A DNA stretch of 40,927 bases from Octopus bimaculoides (Eukaryota). Below are positions 24,870-36,357 of this stretch, piece after piece. The notes under the pieces were generated by a model, which saw only the letters and a list, made by a program, of their open reading frames with translations, was not told where the DNA came from and did not search any database. The stretch lies in assembly GCF_001194135.2 (NCBI RefSeq), contig NC_069000.1:29213833-29254759 (forward strand), given 5' to 3'. Position numbers and translations under genes: made by a program. How positions within the stretch are numbered: the first letter of the stretch is position 1; the number at the start of each line of letters is the position of its first letter.

Positions 24870-25180
24870 CAGTGTTTATTGCACCTGGAGACTATCCAAC
24901 CGATCTTAATGAAACTTGACACATGTAGGGCTTATGCCCATGTGGTCACTTACACACTTGGAATTTGAAAACAAATTGATAGTTTTTAATCAGCATCAAC
25001 TTTTTAAAAATCAATAGGACATTTCAATGTAAATTCTCATATGAATGTTATTTTCTGCCATAACTTATAAAGTTTTCAACCAATTTTTTCGAAATTTCAT
25101 ACGCAGATGGAATATGCGCTAAGGATAGGTTGAGACAAATAAATTTTTACCTAGGCTACTCAAGCAAAGCATAAGATCAT
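24870..25180 (+). mobile_element. Possible Helentron/DINE-like non-autonomous core
   Basis: ccgatcttaatgaaacttgacac and caattttttcgaaatttcatac resemble DINE-type core repeats (recall only). Confidence 0.3.
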
Positions 25181-25979
25181 CATCATCCAGTGTTTTAAAT
25201 CTGAGTTTTGTCCCCGTTAACAGGGATGGCCATGATTTACCTCAATACGATAGCAACTGAGGCAGGCAGGTGCAGCCCATCCCAACCTTTGGGCTGGCTG
25301 GCTGGTGCCCATTCTCCCTTGCTATCATGAGGCTTTTGATTAACTGATTTTTAATTAATTGATTAACAAAATTTGGCCTAAATTGTTGTGGAGTTAAAAT
25401 GTTCATCAATTATTTCAGCATTCTCAGATTGCTGTAACATGTATTTTCTTAACACCTGCACTTACAATTATTGATTCTAAATGTTGCAGCATTGTGTGCT
25501 AAATCATGTAACATGTATTTTCTTAACACCTGTGCTTAAACTGGGTCTAACTGTTGCAATCGATATTTGATCCTCACGATCAGTGAAACTATATCCATGA
25601 AAAACATTCGTCAAATTATGTACATGTGCACTAAAAATTTTCTCTCGGGTTCCAAGAGAATTTGCCCAAAAATGATGAAAATTGTCATTTTTGTATGCTT
25701 CTTTTCTCTCCTCATAGCATCTAATGACTCTTATGACCACCACATTGTCACCTCTGCACTCCAGCCATTTTTGTAAGTATAAAATCTGTTTTCTCAAAAT
25801 ATTTTTATGTCTACTTCACAGCACTCCTTTACAATTCCCTTCTTGATGTTTCCACTCATCTGACCAAACGATTGTCATTTTTCAATTCCACACGTATTTA
25901 TTTGTATTATTGTTTCGTGAATGAATTTGCTTATGCCTTCTATTATCTGTCCTATGTCTTGATTTCATTTTTCGTCTGA

Positions 25980-26051
25980 GAGAAATTAGGCATTGGAATG
26001 GGTACTGGAAATATCTCCACTCCCGGGTATTACCGGGTACCTCAGCTAGTA
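25980..26051 (-). mobile_element. Helitron-like terminus at (AT)n
   Basis: Minus strand reads atatACTAGCTGAGGTACCCGGTAATACCCGGG. Confidence 0.35.
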
Positions 26052-26399
26052 TATATATATATATATATATATATATTTAGTTATAGTTTATTTATAGTTA
26101 TTATATATTTATATATTTATTTATATTCTATAGTATGTTTATATAAATATATATATATATATATGTATATAAAATAGTGAAGGTGGCAAGACGCAATTCA
26201 AAAACCAAAAAGGAAATAATTCACTGCCACTTATACACACACACACAAACACAGCTATACCAGAGGTGAGCAGGTCTTCTTAAAAACTATTAAATATTGC
26301 CAATCAACTTGCACTTTTGTTATCACCTCCAATAGTTCAACTCCCTGAGATTAGACTTTACTACTTCATCTCATGTTTTACTGAGTTTCCCTCTTTCAC

Positions 26400-26790
26400 A
26401 AGTTCCATCTATATTAAGCTATTGGCACTTTATGTAGCTGTTCTCATCCATATGCAACACATGCCCATGCCAGTGCAGTCTTCTTTCTTGCACACTACAT
26501 CTAATTCCTCTTATGCCTAGCTTTTTTCTCAAAATACTTGTAATTTGTCATACATGCACACATACTGCACATCCCACAGCACATGCTTGCTTCATTTTTT
26601 TTCCAGTCTTTTCAACCTCTCTGCATTCAAGGCCCATATCTCACTACGACACAGCAATGCATTTCTGACAGAAACATCATATAATCTGCCCTTCATTCTG
26701 TGAGAAAAAATATTTGTTGTCAGCCATAGCAGTAATTCCTTGAACTTTCTCCAATCTGTTCTTACTCTAGCAACCATCTCTTTTACACTA
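26400..26790 (-). mobile_element. Decayed RTE ORF2 fragment
   Basis: ARVRTDWRKFKELL...KGRLYDVSVRNALLCRSEIWAL. Confidence 0.75.
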
Positions 26791-26984
26791 ATTTACAATA
26801 TCACACTACATCAAGAAAAAGGGACAAATACACACACACACATATGTATGTATACGATGGGTTTGTTTCAGTTTCCCTTTACAAGGCTTTGGTCAACCCA
26901 AGACTATAGTGGAAGATACTTGCCCCAGTTGCAACACAATGGAAGCTGAACATGAAACAATGTGGTTTCACACCTTAACCACAC

Positions 26985-27034
<50 letters not shown>

Positions 27035-28501
27035 AGGGGTGGTTGTGAGTATGTTTGTGTTGCCTTGTTTTGACATTGTGTGATAACTGTAAAGGAGTTT
27101 GACTGTCATAATAGCAGTGTCATTCATTTCCAACATTCTGTGAAAACATGCTTGGATATGGGTGAGGGTTGGCAACAGCGAGGGCATTCATTTGATTCCT
27201 GCAAGGATGGAAAGTGGATGCTAAATTAATGACAATGATGATATGGGTGTGTGATTATGAGTATGTGAGAAAGATGTTAATCACTGATGGTCAAAGTGGT
27301 AAACTAACAAAGCAATCATGTAGAAGATCTATGAAAGATAAAAGATAACAATCGAATTGATCAAGAAGAATATAATCTTACTGATTGTTTCAATTCACAG
27401 AAATGATATAAAATGTAAATGTCTCCTTGTTGAGAATGCAGATTAACTAAAACTTTACTTATCTACAGTTTATACTGTAGGTGAATCAACATCAGAGCAT
27501 TTACATGACCACTCAAAATAGAAATAACAGCCAAATTACTCTTTAATCACATCCTACTGCCTTTAAAAAAAAGCCACAATAATATTGGATAATATACATA
27601 GTTTTAGGTACATGATATCTTAAAAACAGGAACATTTTTTTTTTATCATAGACTAGCTTAAAAGTCGCACTCCATGCAGGTTGTTAAGCTAGCTCCTGTG
27701 GAGGGCAAATTGGTCCAGTGGCCCAAAACTAAAGAGAGTTACATCACGTGACTATAATACATCTATAATGATTATATGTCCCGGTGGTATTTAATCAGAT
27801 GTTAAGGACAGATAAGAATTAATTCTGTAATGCAATCGTTCTATTGTTCCAGTCCCAAGTCAAATTCCAACTGTTGGCCAATTTGTCCCAAAGTTCTTAT
27901 CTCAACATAAAATTAATGAAGTGAAAGTCATTTATTTCCTTCTTCATCTCTGACATCATCTGACAAATGCCAACTAAGATGGCATGAATCAGCCAAGCTT
28001 TACCTGCTAGAAATAGCAACCCAAATGCTGGATGTTCAAGAACCAAATGAAGAGCACACTTTCAATCCTGCGATCATCCTGATTCCAAAATGAAATAATA
28101 CATCTGTGCAGAGCAAATGTAGACTGAGATACAGGAGTCCCAGATGGACAGACAGAATTTCGCTTTTATCAATATAGATGTAGCAATAATGAAGAAAAAA
28201 ACCTCAAAGAAGTATTCTGTATACTAACTACGCATATGACAATGCTTCATGTGTGTAGTATAGGGACTTGAAAAACTTTTAACTAAAGACGTGTTCAAAA
28301 TCTAAAAAACAAAAATTAAAATTTTTAAATGGACAAGGTAGATCATTCCAACTAAAATGAACCAAGTAAAATTTTTAGAAACAAAAGATGATTTAGTTCA
28401 GCATGGACTATGTCAAATGCCAACTGGTGAAAGTAATGGGTATGTTTCTATTGCAAACAAAAAATTTCATGTAATAATAATGATGACAATGATAAATCTG
28501 T

Positions 28502-28535
<34 letters not shown>

Positions 28536-28589
28536 AATAATAATAATAATAATAACGGTAGTAAATTATTATAAGTTTTATATACTTAC

Positions 28590-28715
28590 CTCTGAGATTA
28601 TTTATGTCATTACGCTGTTGTTTGATGACAAGAATAGCTTTGTCCAATGAAAGCTCATCAAAAGAAATCTCAGAACTTTCAAAGTCAGTTAATGATGAAG
28701 AGGACTCCATTAGTT
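28590..28715 (-). CDS. OPTN/IKBKG-like: OPTN/NEMO-like exon A (ATG at 28710; MESSSSLTDFESSEISFDELSLDKAILVIKQQRNDINNLR)
   Basis: Acceptor ttttgtag|AACTAATG; donor AGAG|gtaagt, phase 1. Confidence 0.85.
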
Positions 28716-29117
28716 CTACAAAAAATAAAAGCAATAAATAAAAGTCACATATAAAATTGACAAATATTTGATGTTGTACATAATATTACTGACATTATAC
28801 ATATTGCAATAACAAAAGCCAAAAATATTTTTAGTTGGGAATTTTTTTCAGAATGAGAGTAAGTATGGCTTCTAGGTAAATGTGGTACCAATCAGTTTAC
28901 CTGCTTTCCTAATCAGATAAACATTTTATGTAAATTTCTTAGAATCAGTTATTCATATAAACTATATTACAGCAATATTTGAGATGCTGTTAATTCACTA
29001 CTCCATTCCTTTACAAAACATCATTTCAAGTTTCATGACATGAGAAACTTTCAGTTCTTATCAAGGGAAGAATCTCCATTTTTTTAATTATTTTTTGGCA
29101 TTATTAAAAAACACTGA

Positions 29118-29330
29118 AGACAGCAAACTGGCAGAATCATTAGCATGTTGGGCAAAATGCTTAGCAGCATGTCGTCTGTTTTCTGTTCTGAGTTCAAAAG
29201 CTGAAGTCAACTTTGCCTTTCATCTTCTTAGGGTCGATAAGATAAGTACCCGTTGAGCACTGGAGTCTATGTAATCGACTCACTGCTTCATTCGAACTTG
29301 CTGGCCTTGTGCCAAAATTTGAAACCATTA
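29118..29330 (+). mobile_element. SINE family 1 copy with ggccttgtgccaaaatttgaaacc+(att)n tail
   Basis: Complete head-body-tail. Confidence 0.8.
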
Positions 29331-30111
29331 TTATAAAGCACTGATTCGGTTAACTGAGGCCATTGCAAAAGTGAAAATTTTACTCCATTTAATACTAAGT
29401 TTTATTGTTTGCTAACCAAAAGTTTGTCATAGTGTATCAGCAATTGATCTAATCAGATGCAATATTGGTGAATCTGCTCTTTTGACCACAGAAAAATTAG
29501 CCAGATTAGTCAATGTTGAGTGGACAAAATTTCTTACATAAATGAAAGAGAGTACTGAAGAAGACTTTTTGTTGTTGTATATAGATTAAAGGGAATATAC
29601 AAAACGTTTTTATGTCTCTTAAGCCATAGATCAAAAGAGCTTCTGCTTTAGCTCAGTTTCACATTATGAAGGAGATCATCATCATCATCATTTAATGTCC
29701 TCCTTGGACAGTTTGACAGGAGCTGGCCAAGCAGAAGCCTGTACCAAACTTCTGTGCCTGTTTTGACACAGTGTTTATGGCTGGATGCCATTCCTAACAC
29801 TAACCACCCAGCAGGTGGGTAGTAAAATATCTGGAACTTTATATATTGTATGCTGCCCCAGTTAAACACTGATTGAGCACATATATGATCAAAAGAATCT
29901 ATGACCAGGCAAGACTGTGTGGTGAAGAAGCTCGTTTTGTAACCATGTGATTTCATGTTCAGCCGTACAGTGTGGCACCACAAGTAAATGTGATGCAACA
30001 CACTGCTACTATAGAGCCAGATCAACTGATATCATGTGAAGTAATTTCATAGACAGAAATGCAGGAAGCCTATTTGTATATATATATACACATAGATGTG
30101 CATGCATGCAT

Positions 30112-30160
<49 letters not shown>

Positions 30161-30330
30161 AAAGATAATAAGAGTGAAAAAAACTACAGAAGGCTTGTGT
30201 TACATGGTTAAAGTATATATTTAAATTATGTCAGAAAAATGTTATAAAATTTTTTTGGTATATAAACATTGTATTTGGAGAAATAACCAATTTCGTGTTG
30301 TCTTTTCAAATTTCTCATATACATATATAT

Positions 30331-30508
30331 AGGCACAGACATGGCTGTGTGGTAAGAATTCTGCTTCCCAACCACATGGTTCCAGGTTCAATCCTACTGC
30401 ATGGCACTTTGGGCAAGTGTCTTCTACTATAGCCTCCAGTTGACCAAAACCTTGCGAGTGGTTTTGGTAGACATAAAATGAAAGAAACTCATTGTGTTTG
30501 TGTATGTA

Positions 30509-30549
<41 letters not shown>

Positions 30550-30824
30550 NNNNNNNNNNNNNNNNNNNNNNNNNNNNNNNNNNNNNNNNNNNNNNNNNNN
30601 NNNNNNNNNNNNNNNNNNNNNNNNNNNNNNNNNNNNNNNNNNNNNNNNNNNNNNNNNNNNNNNNNNNNNNNNNNNNNNNNNNNNNNNNNNNNNNNNNNNN
30701 NNNNNNNNNNNNNNNNNNNNNNNNNNNNNNNNNNNNNNNNNNNNNNNNNNNNNNNNNNNNNNNNNNNNNNNNNNNNNNNNNNNNNNNNNNNNNNNNNNNN
30801 NNNNNNNNNNNNNNNNNNNNNNNN

Positions 30825-30872
<48 letters not shown>

Positions 30873-31148
30873 CACACACATATATATATATACATACATA
30901 CATAAACACATATGTATGTATCTATATGTATGTGTCTTTGTCCCGCACCACCACTTGACAACTGTTGTTGGTATGTTTACATCTCCATAACTTAGCAGTT
31001 TGACAAAAGAGCTTGATAGAATAAGTACCAGCCTTAATAAAAAAGTGTACTGGGGTCGGTTCATTCAACTAAAGAAAAAAATCTTGCAAGGCAGTGCCCC
31101 AGCATGGCCACAGTCTAACGACTGAAGCAAGTAAAAAGATAAAAGATA
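30331..31148 (+). mobile_element. SINE family 2 with internal (GT)/(AT) microsatellite (gap inside)
   Basis: Head ggctgtgtggtaag...ggttcaatcc; tail gtaaaaagataaaagata. Confidence 0.8.
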
Positions 31149-31263
31149 TAAACCTTATAAGTTGCACATACAGAGTATGTGTGTTTTGTTAATATGACAA
31201 ATTTGTTGCATGTGTGGGTGTATATAAATATATACCAATGAAAAGAAGAAGACAAAGAAAATT

Positions 31264-32430
31264 TTGGAACTTTGAATAGTGGTAGAATTTCTCATGCAGA
31301 ACACAGTTTACTCTGAACGTTTTTGACAAAATTTCCTATTTTAGAAGTTATTTTGTGTTAAAGTTGTCGTATTTGGGTAATTTCAACCAATCAACGATGT
31401 GTATTCGGTTGAAGAAAGCTACTGCTGTTTGCGATAGTAATTGAAAAGGAACAACTTCTGGGTCATCTCTACTACCTGTCACCACACTGTTCGAAGAATC
31501 AACACCATAGAGCAAACAGTCCACAGTTAGCTTTTTTGTTGTTGACATTTATGTAGTTTCAAAATGCTTTATTTTACAACTATGAGATATATTGTTATTA
31601 TCATGATTTTATCTTACTATAATCAACAACAAACACATTTCGTCAATATAAAAGTCTTTATTAAGGCAGCAAGCTGGCAGAAATGTTAGCATGCCAGGCG
31701 AAATGCTTAGCGGTATTTCGTCTGCCATTACATTCCGAGTTCAAATTCCGCCAAGGTCGACTTTGCCTTTCATCCTTTCAGGGTCGATTAAATAAGTACA
31801 AGTTACACACTGGGGTCGATTAAATAAGAACCAATTATACACTGGGACCGATTAAATAAGTACCAGTTATGCACTGGGGTCGATTAAATAAGTACAAGTT
31901 ACGCACTGGGGTCGATGTAATTGACTTAATCCCTTTGTCTCTCCTTGTTTGTCCCCTCTGTGTTTAGACCCCTGTGGGCAATAGAGAAATAAACATAAAA
32001 GTCTTTATTAGATTAAAAATAACATTATCGAAATATGAAGGTAAAACAAAACAAATAGCGGCTTATACACCAGAAAATACAGTAATTGTAGTGGCAGTGA
32101 TAAGTTCATTCACTGGTTGCTAGTTGATAGTGTATAAGGGAGGGAAAGAGTAAGGAATGCATGATGCTGACGAGAAAGGAAGGAAGGATAAAGGTAATGA
32201 ATAGAACAGAGTAGTGACATTTAGTAGAGATGACCCAGAAGTTGTTCCTCTTCGATTATTATCGCAAACAGCAGTAGCTTTCTTCAACAGAATACACGTC
32301 ATTGAATGGCTGAAATTACCCAAATACAGCAACACAAAATAACTTCTGAAATAGGAGATTGTCAAAAACATTCAGAGTAAACCGTGTTCTACATGAGAAA
32401 TTCTACCAGTATTCAAAGTTTCAAACTGTT
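31264..32430. repeat. ~230-bp inverted repeat pair (31264-31492 / 32204-32430), roughly 85% identical
   Basis: Direct manual alignment of the left arm to the reverse complement of the right arm. Confidence 0.88.
31664..31994 (+). mobile_element. SINE family 1 head/body with 4x32-bp internal repeat and Tx1-like tail; perfect 16-bp TSD
   Basis: TSD ataaaagtctttatta at 31648-31663 and 31995-32010; B box gagttcaaattcc. Confidence 0.9.
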
Positions 32431-32869
32431 TAGTCTAAAAAAATTAATTAAAAATTCTGTGATTGAGATGGAATAGATCCAAAAAATTAAATGTGTATTC
32501 AGGATGGGTCTATAGGGAAGAAATTATGTGGTGGTGGTGGGGAATCCAAGAAGGTGGATATATAAAAATAGGAAGAGAAGAAATAGAAGAAGGTGAAAGA
32601 GAAGAATGAGAAGGAAAGGAAAGGAAGAAGTAGAGGAAGAAGAAAAAGGAGCAGAAAAAGCTGGTGGTATGTCAGCCAGTACTAGCAGAGCCAAGGCGAC
32701 ATTAGTCTGCAACAACTTAAAGTGAAAAAATCTATTAAATAGATAACTAGACAATTGGGCAGGAATCAAAGGATGAGGATGTTAAAGGTGTCTGTTGTGG
32801 GGAGACCTAAAATTTATGACCTTAGAGTGTTTTGGCACTGAGAAAGAGGTACAAGTAGTAATAGTAAAA

Positions 32870-33008
32870 GACAACATACATACAGAAATGCACACATAGA
32901 TAAACACACACACACACATGCATGCACGCGCATATATACTTAGGGGGACACAGACACACCCGCCCACATGGAGACACACACATACATGTATATATGTATG
33001 CACACAAC

Positions 33009-33078
<70 letters not shown>

Positions 33079-33288
33079 GTGCATGTATACTCGCATACAC
33101 ACATACACACACACACACACACATATATATATAAATCCATACACTCCACAGAGAGACACCCACAGGATCATATAGCTATATCAATACATCCATACAGATA
33201 CGCATATATGTTCATACACATATACAAGCATACATACATACACACATTCAAGTACATACATAAACATACACACACACATGTATGTGTG

Positions 33289-33319
<31 letters not shown>

Positions 33320-33660
33320 GCACATATATACACCCATATATATACCTGGATAAATATTCACACACACATTAGTGGTAAAATAATTAGAGGTTGGACAGGG
33401 TAATTCTACTCTATATACAATTATACAAATAAAGTTAAAATGAGAAAAAAAACTGAAAGCACAGGCGAAACACATATCTCTAGCCATACACACCGATACT
33501 TCCGCACACAAACCCACACATATATCCAAGTGCATCCACATATACAAATAAACACCAACACACACACACACATATATATTTTTATATATGTATATACACA
33601 CACACACATGTACACTGATATATATGTATGTATATACGTGCATGTTTATGAATGTGTGCC
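32870..33660. repeat. Compound (CA)/(TA)/(TG) microsatellite field
   Basis: Low-complexity dinucleotide runs. Confidence 0.9.
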
Positions 33661-34542
33661 AATGTTTGTATATTCCATATTCATCATTGTTTGAACAATG
33701 TGGTACTGATGTTTACATTCCTTGTTGACATTATGACTGGTTGCACTGACTATAAAATCCTGTCTCAAAATTATTCTGCATCCAAACTTAGCCAACTAGG
33801 AGTGAAAAAAAAAAACGGAAGTCAAACAAATCATCCTATTTGGGTTTTTTTTTATTATTTGGGGATTTTTTGAGAGGAATTTCTTTTGTTTTTAGTACAG
33901 TGCATCCTGCACCTAATTATCCAAAGTGGCCTTCTTGTTTTTGCTATGGTAGGGTGGATTTGAAGTAGATTTAGCTGCTATTTGTTGTAATTCAAGAAGC
34001 TCCCATGTTTGTTATTTAGCTCCAGGTTAGCCCTGAACAAGCACACATATTAAAATACATTCTAGCCTTGACCAACCTATCTTTTTTTCTAATATGCAGG
34101 CAACGCAAGGCCGTATTACTCAATGCTTTCTTTTCTAAGAGGGTGGTTTGTGATTTGATGGGGATTTGGTTGCTATTTCTAGCGTGTTGAGAAAGAGGAC
34201 ATCGAAGCTCTTTTGTTGGCTTGTCTCATTATTGCTATACTATGCTGGTGTTGACTAATTGAGCTCTCAAATGATTAATTAAAAGGCAACTATCATTTAA
34301 ATACGAGTCTGTAGCATACTTCTCTCTTTGTTATAAATACATGAGTGCGGATGTAGTGGTTAACAGCTAGCCTTCGGTCGCATCTTTGGACCGTGTTGTG
34401 TCCACCACTCTGATTGGTTGGTATTGGCGTATTTTTGTCTCTTGTTCTATCTTGTGCCAGGGTGCAACCCAACCAATCGCAGCCTTCAGATAAGGTCGCG
34501 TGGGACAGTCTTTCTGAACCCCTGTTTGAGTCAATGGTATCT

Positions 34543-34581
34543 TATAAATAGCTGGCTGTTCCACCTTCCCAGTTGTCAGTC
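34543..34581 (+). promoter_or_regulatory. TATA box plus Inr-like start site of the putative LTR, directly upstream of the Tx1 5' UTR
   Basis: tataaata followed ~28-35 nt later by ccagtt/tcagtc. Confidence 0.5.
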
Positions 34582-34849
34582 TGGCTCCAGACTTTTCTTC
34601 TGTTTGGTTCTTGATTGCTTTCGCCGTAAGGTCAGTTGTAGTGCTTAAATCTTGCTATTTCTGTTATTGTGTTTGTTGGTTTCCCGTAATGGAAGCACTG
34701 TTATATTTAGTGGTATCATTTTGTGAACTGTGACCCTCCGCCTTTGGAGGAAGGAATTCTTTGTTTATTGTGAAATATTGAACTGTTTTTCCATTTTGGA
34801 AATTGTTATTTTTTGCTCCGTTATATGGAATTGTTTAAAAATTGTGAAA

Positions 34850-36113
34850 ATGTCTTCTATGGAAGAAAGGTCCCCGCTGAATTTTGCGGCGGCCATTGGC
34901 GGCCGTGAACAAATTAATTTAAAAGTTGAAGAGATTCAAGCTTTTTTTTTGGCATGATCTCTGAAAAGAATGGTGAGTCGAAAATTACGCCACCAAGTGA
35001 ACTACAAAAAAACAATTGTATACAAAACTTAAAACATGGAATCCAAGAGATTTGAACACTTGGAGGAGAGCTCTATAGAGAAGTATCTCGGCGCTACTAT
35101 CCGTGAAATTAAATATTTAACGAGAGGAACGAAATTTGCCACGATAGAAGCAAGGTTCAAGTCGACAGAGCTGGCAAAGGAGTATTTGACTCGAACCTTA
35201 CAAAGTGGCAATATTCTTCTATTACCTTTATATCTGGGACGTAGGACATCTCGGATAAAGATTAAAAATATCCCCCCAGAGGTAGGCTGGATCATGGCCA
35301 CCCTGCTTTTCAAAAGAGAAGATAAAATAAAAATCATACAGATTACAAGAGACGGACCTCAAAATTGGTGGGGCCAGACACTCGAGATTCTGGCCCAAGC
35401 CACGACTAATGATTTAGAAGAACTGCCCAAAACAATAGTTATGGAGGAGATGAGTATTCCTATACATGTGGAAGGCAGAAGGCCACGCTGTTTCAAGTGC
35501 GGTAAAAATAAGGCCACATAAAAGAAAAGTGTCCAGACAACAAAAAAGTAGACCAGTCTACCTCTACCCCCCCCCCGCTCCAAGGAAGATGACCCCCCAA
35601 GAGGGAAAATTGACAACCAAAAAACCAAAGAAAAACTTACAAGTAAAAAAGGTTGCACCCGCAGCCAGAGAGACAAGTATAACCCCTGCAGGAACGAAAG
35701 AAGGTGCACTCCCAGCCATGGAGGCCGTAACCAAGAATACATCCACCAAAGAGGGTGAACTCCTGGCCATGGAGGCCGTTAGCAGGAGTTCATCCAACCA
35801 AGAGGCAGTCACTCTCAGGAATTCATCACAGACAGTGAGGAAGAAAAGCAAGAACCCACAGATGGCTATCAAGTATGTTCGAGGAAAAGACAAAAAAAAA
35901 ATGGACTCCCCGAATAAGGAACAGGTCCCGAAGACTAAGGTCCCAAAGCCTGGAAAAATAGAAAAGAAAAAGAAGGAAAAGAAAATGTCGTTCATAGACA
36001 TACCTATAAGTATTCCTAAACCAAAAGACTTAGTAACGGTTGCTTACAAATCCAAAAACATCTATCTAGATGGGGCCATTAGACAGACCCCATCTAGATT
36101 CATCTGTATATAG
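34850..36113 (+). pseudogene. Tx1 ORF1 (gag-like), frameshifted
   Basis: RPRCFKCGK-[frameshift]-GHIKEKCP forms CX2CX4HX4C; followed by a K/T/P-rich low-complexity region. Confidence 0.75.
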
Positions 36114-36357
36114 AAACGACTATAAACAGAGCCCGATAATCATAGCAAATATTGCTAGAACACTTTACTATGATGTATCCAAACTCCACCCCAAAGACAT
36201 TTGTATCCTTAAGAACCTCAAAAAAGTATTTGACCCGCCGGTTGAACCCTTTCTGGATGAAAAGGACGAAAGTAGGGGAATGGTCTCAAATGTCTTGAGA
36301 ACCATTCCCCTAGAAAGATAAAATGTTAAGTGGCTTTCTTTTCTTCTATGACTTGGA

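Larger units (their letters stand above)
589..28715 (-). other. OPTN/IKBKG-like: Optineurin/NEMO (IKK-gamma)-like coiled-coil gene, partial; join of 7 exons, 3' exons lie outside the window
   Basis: Seven GT-AG exons join with matching phases (1,0,0,0,0,2) into one open frame. NNLRDTLATNNAKMKQHWDRIKEWKE resembles the OPTN/NEMO N-terminal coiled coil ([25 protein letters not shown]). EALKRQVMILLDEARE...EQCQRLDE resembles OPTN EALNLQVTSLFKELQE...EKCQALE. Comparison is from memory. The UBAN and zinc-finger domains are not in the window. Confidence 0.8.

Noticed and set aside
31781-31916. 32-bp direct repeats resembling a CRISPR array
   Set aside because: No unique spacers, contiguous tandem units inside a SINE, eukaryotic context, no cas genes.
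32060-32085. gcggcttatacaccagaaaatacagta, like a pogo/Fot1-type TIR
   Set aside because: No partner end found; only a single short motif.
32782-33694. Many overlapping ORFs of CV/HT/YI repeats (also 50-313, 22333-22548, 3557-3826)
   Set aside because: Translations of di- and trinucleotide microsatellites.
34352-34360. tgtagtggt as the LTR 5' end
   Set aside because: No matching TSD. The tgtag at 34310 gives agtc/agtc and was preferred.
35359-36001. Antisense ORFs over Tx1 ORF1
   Set aside because: Shadow frames of compositionally biased coding sequence.
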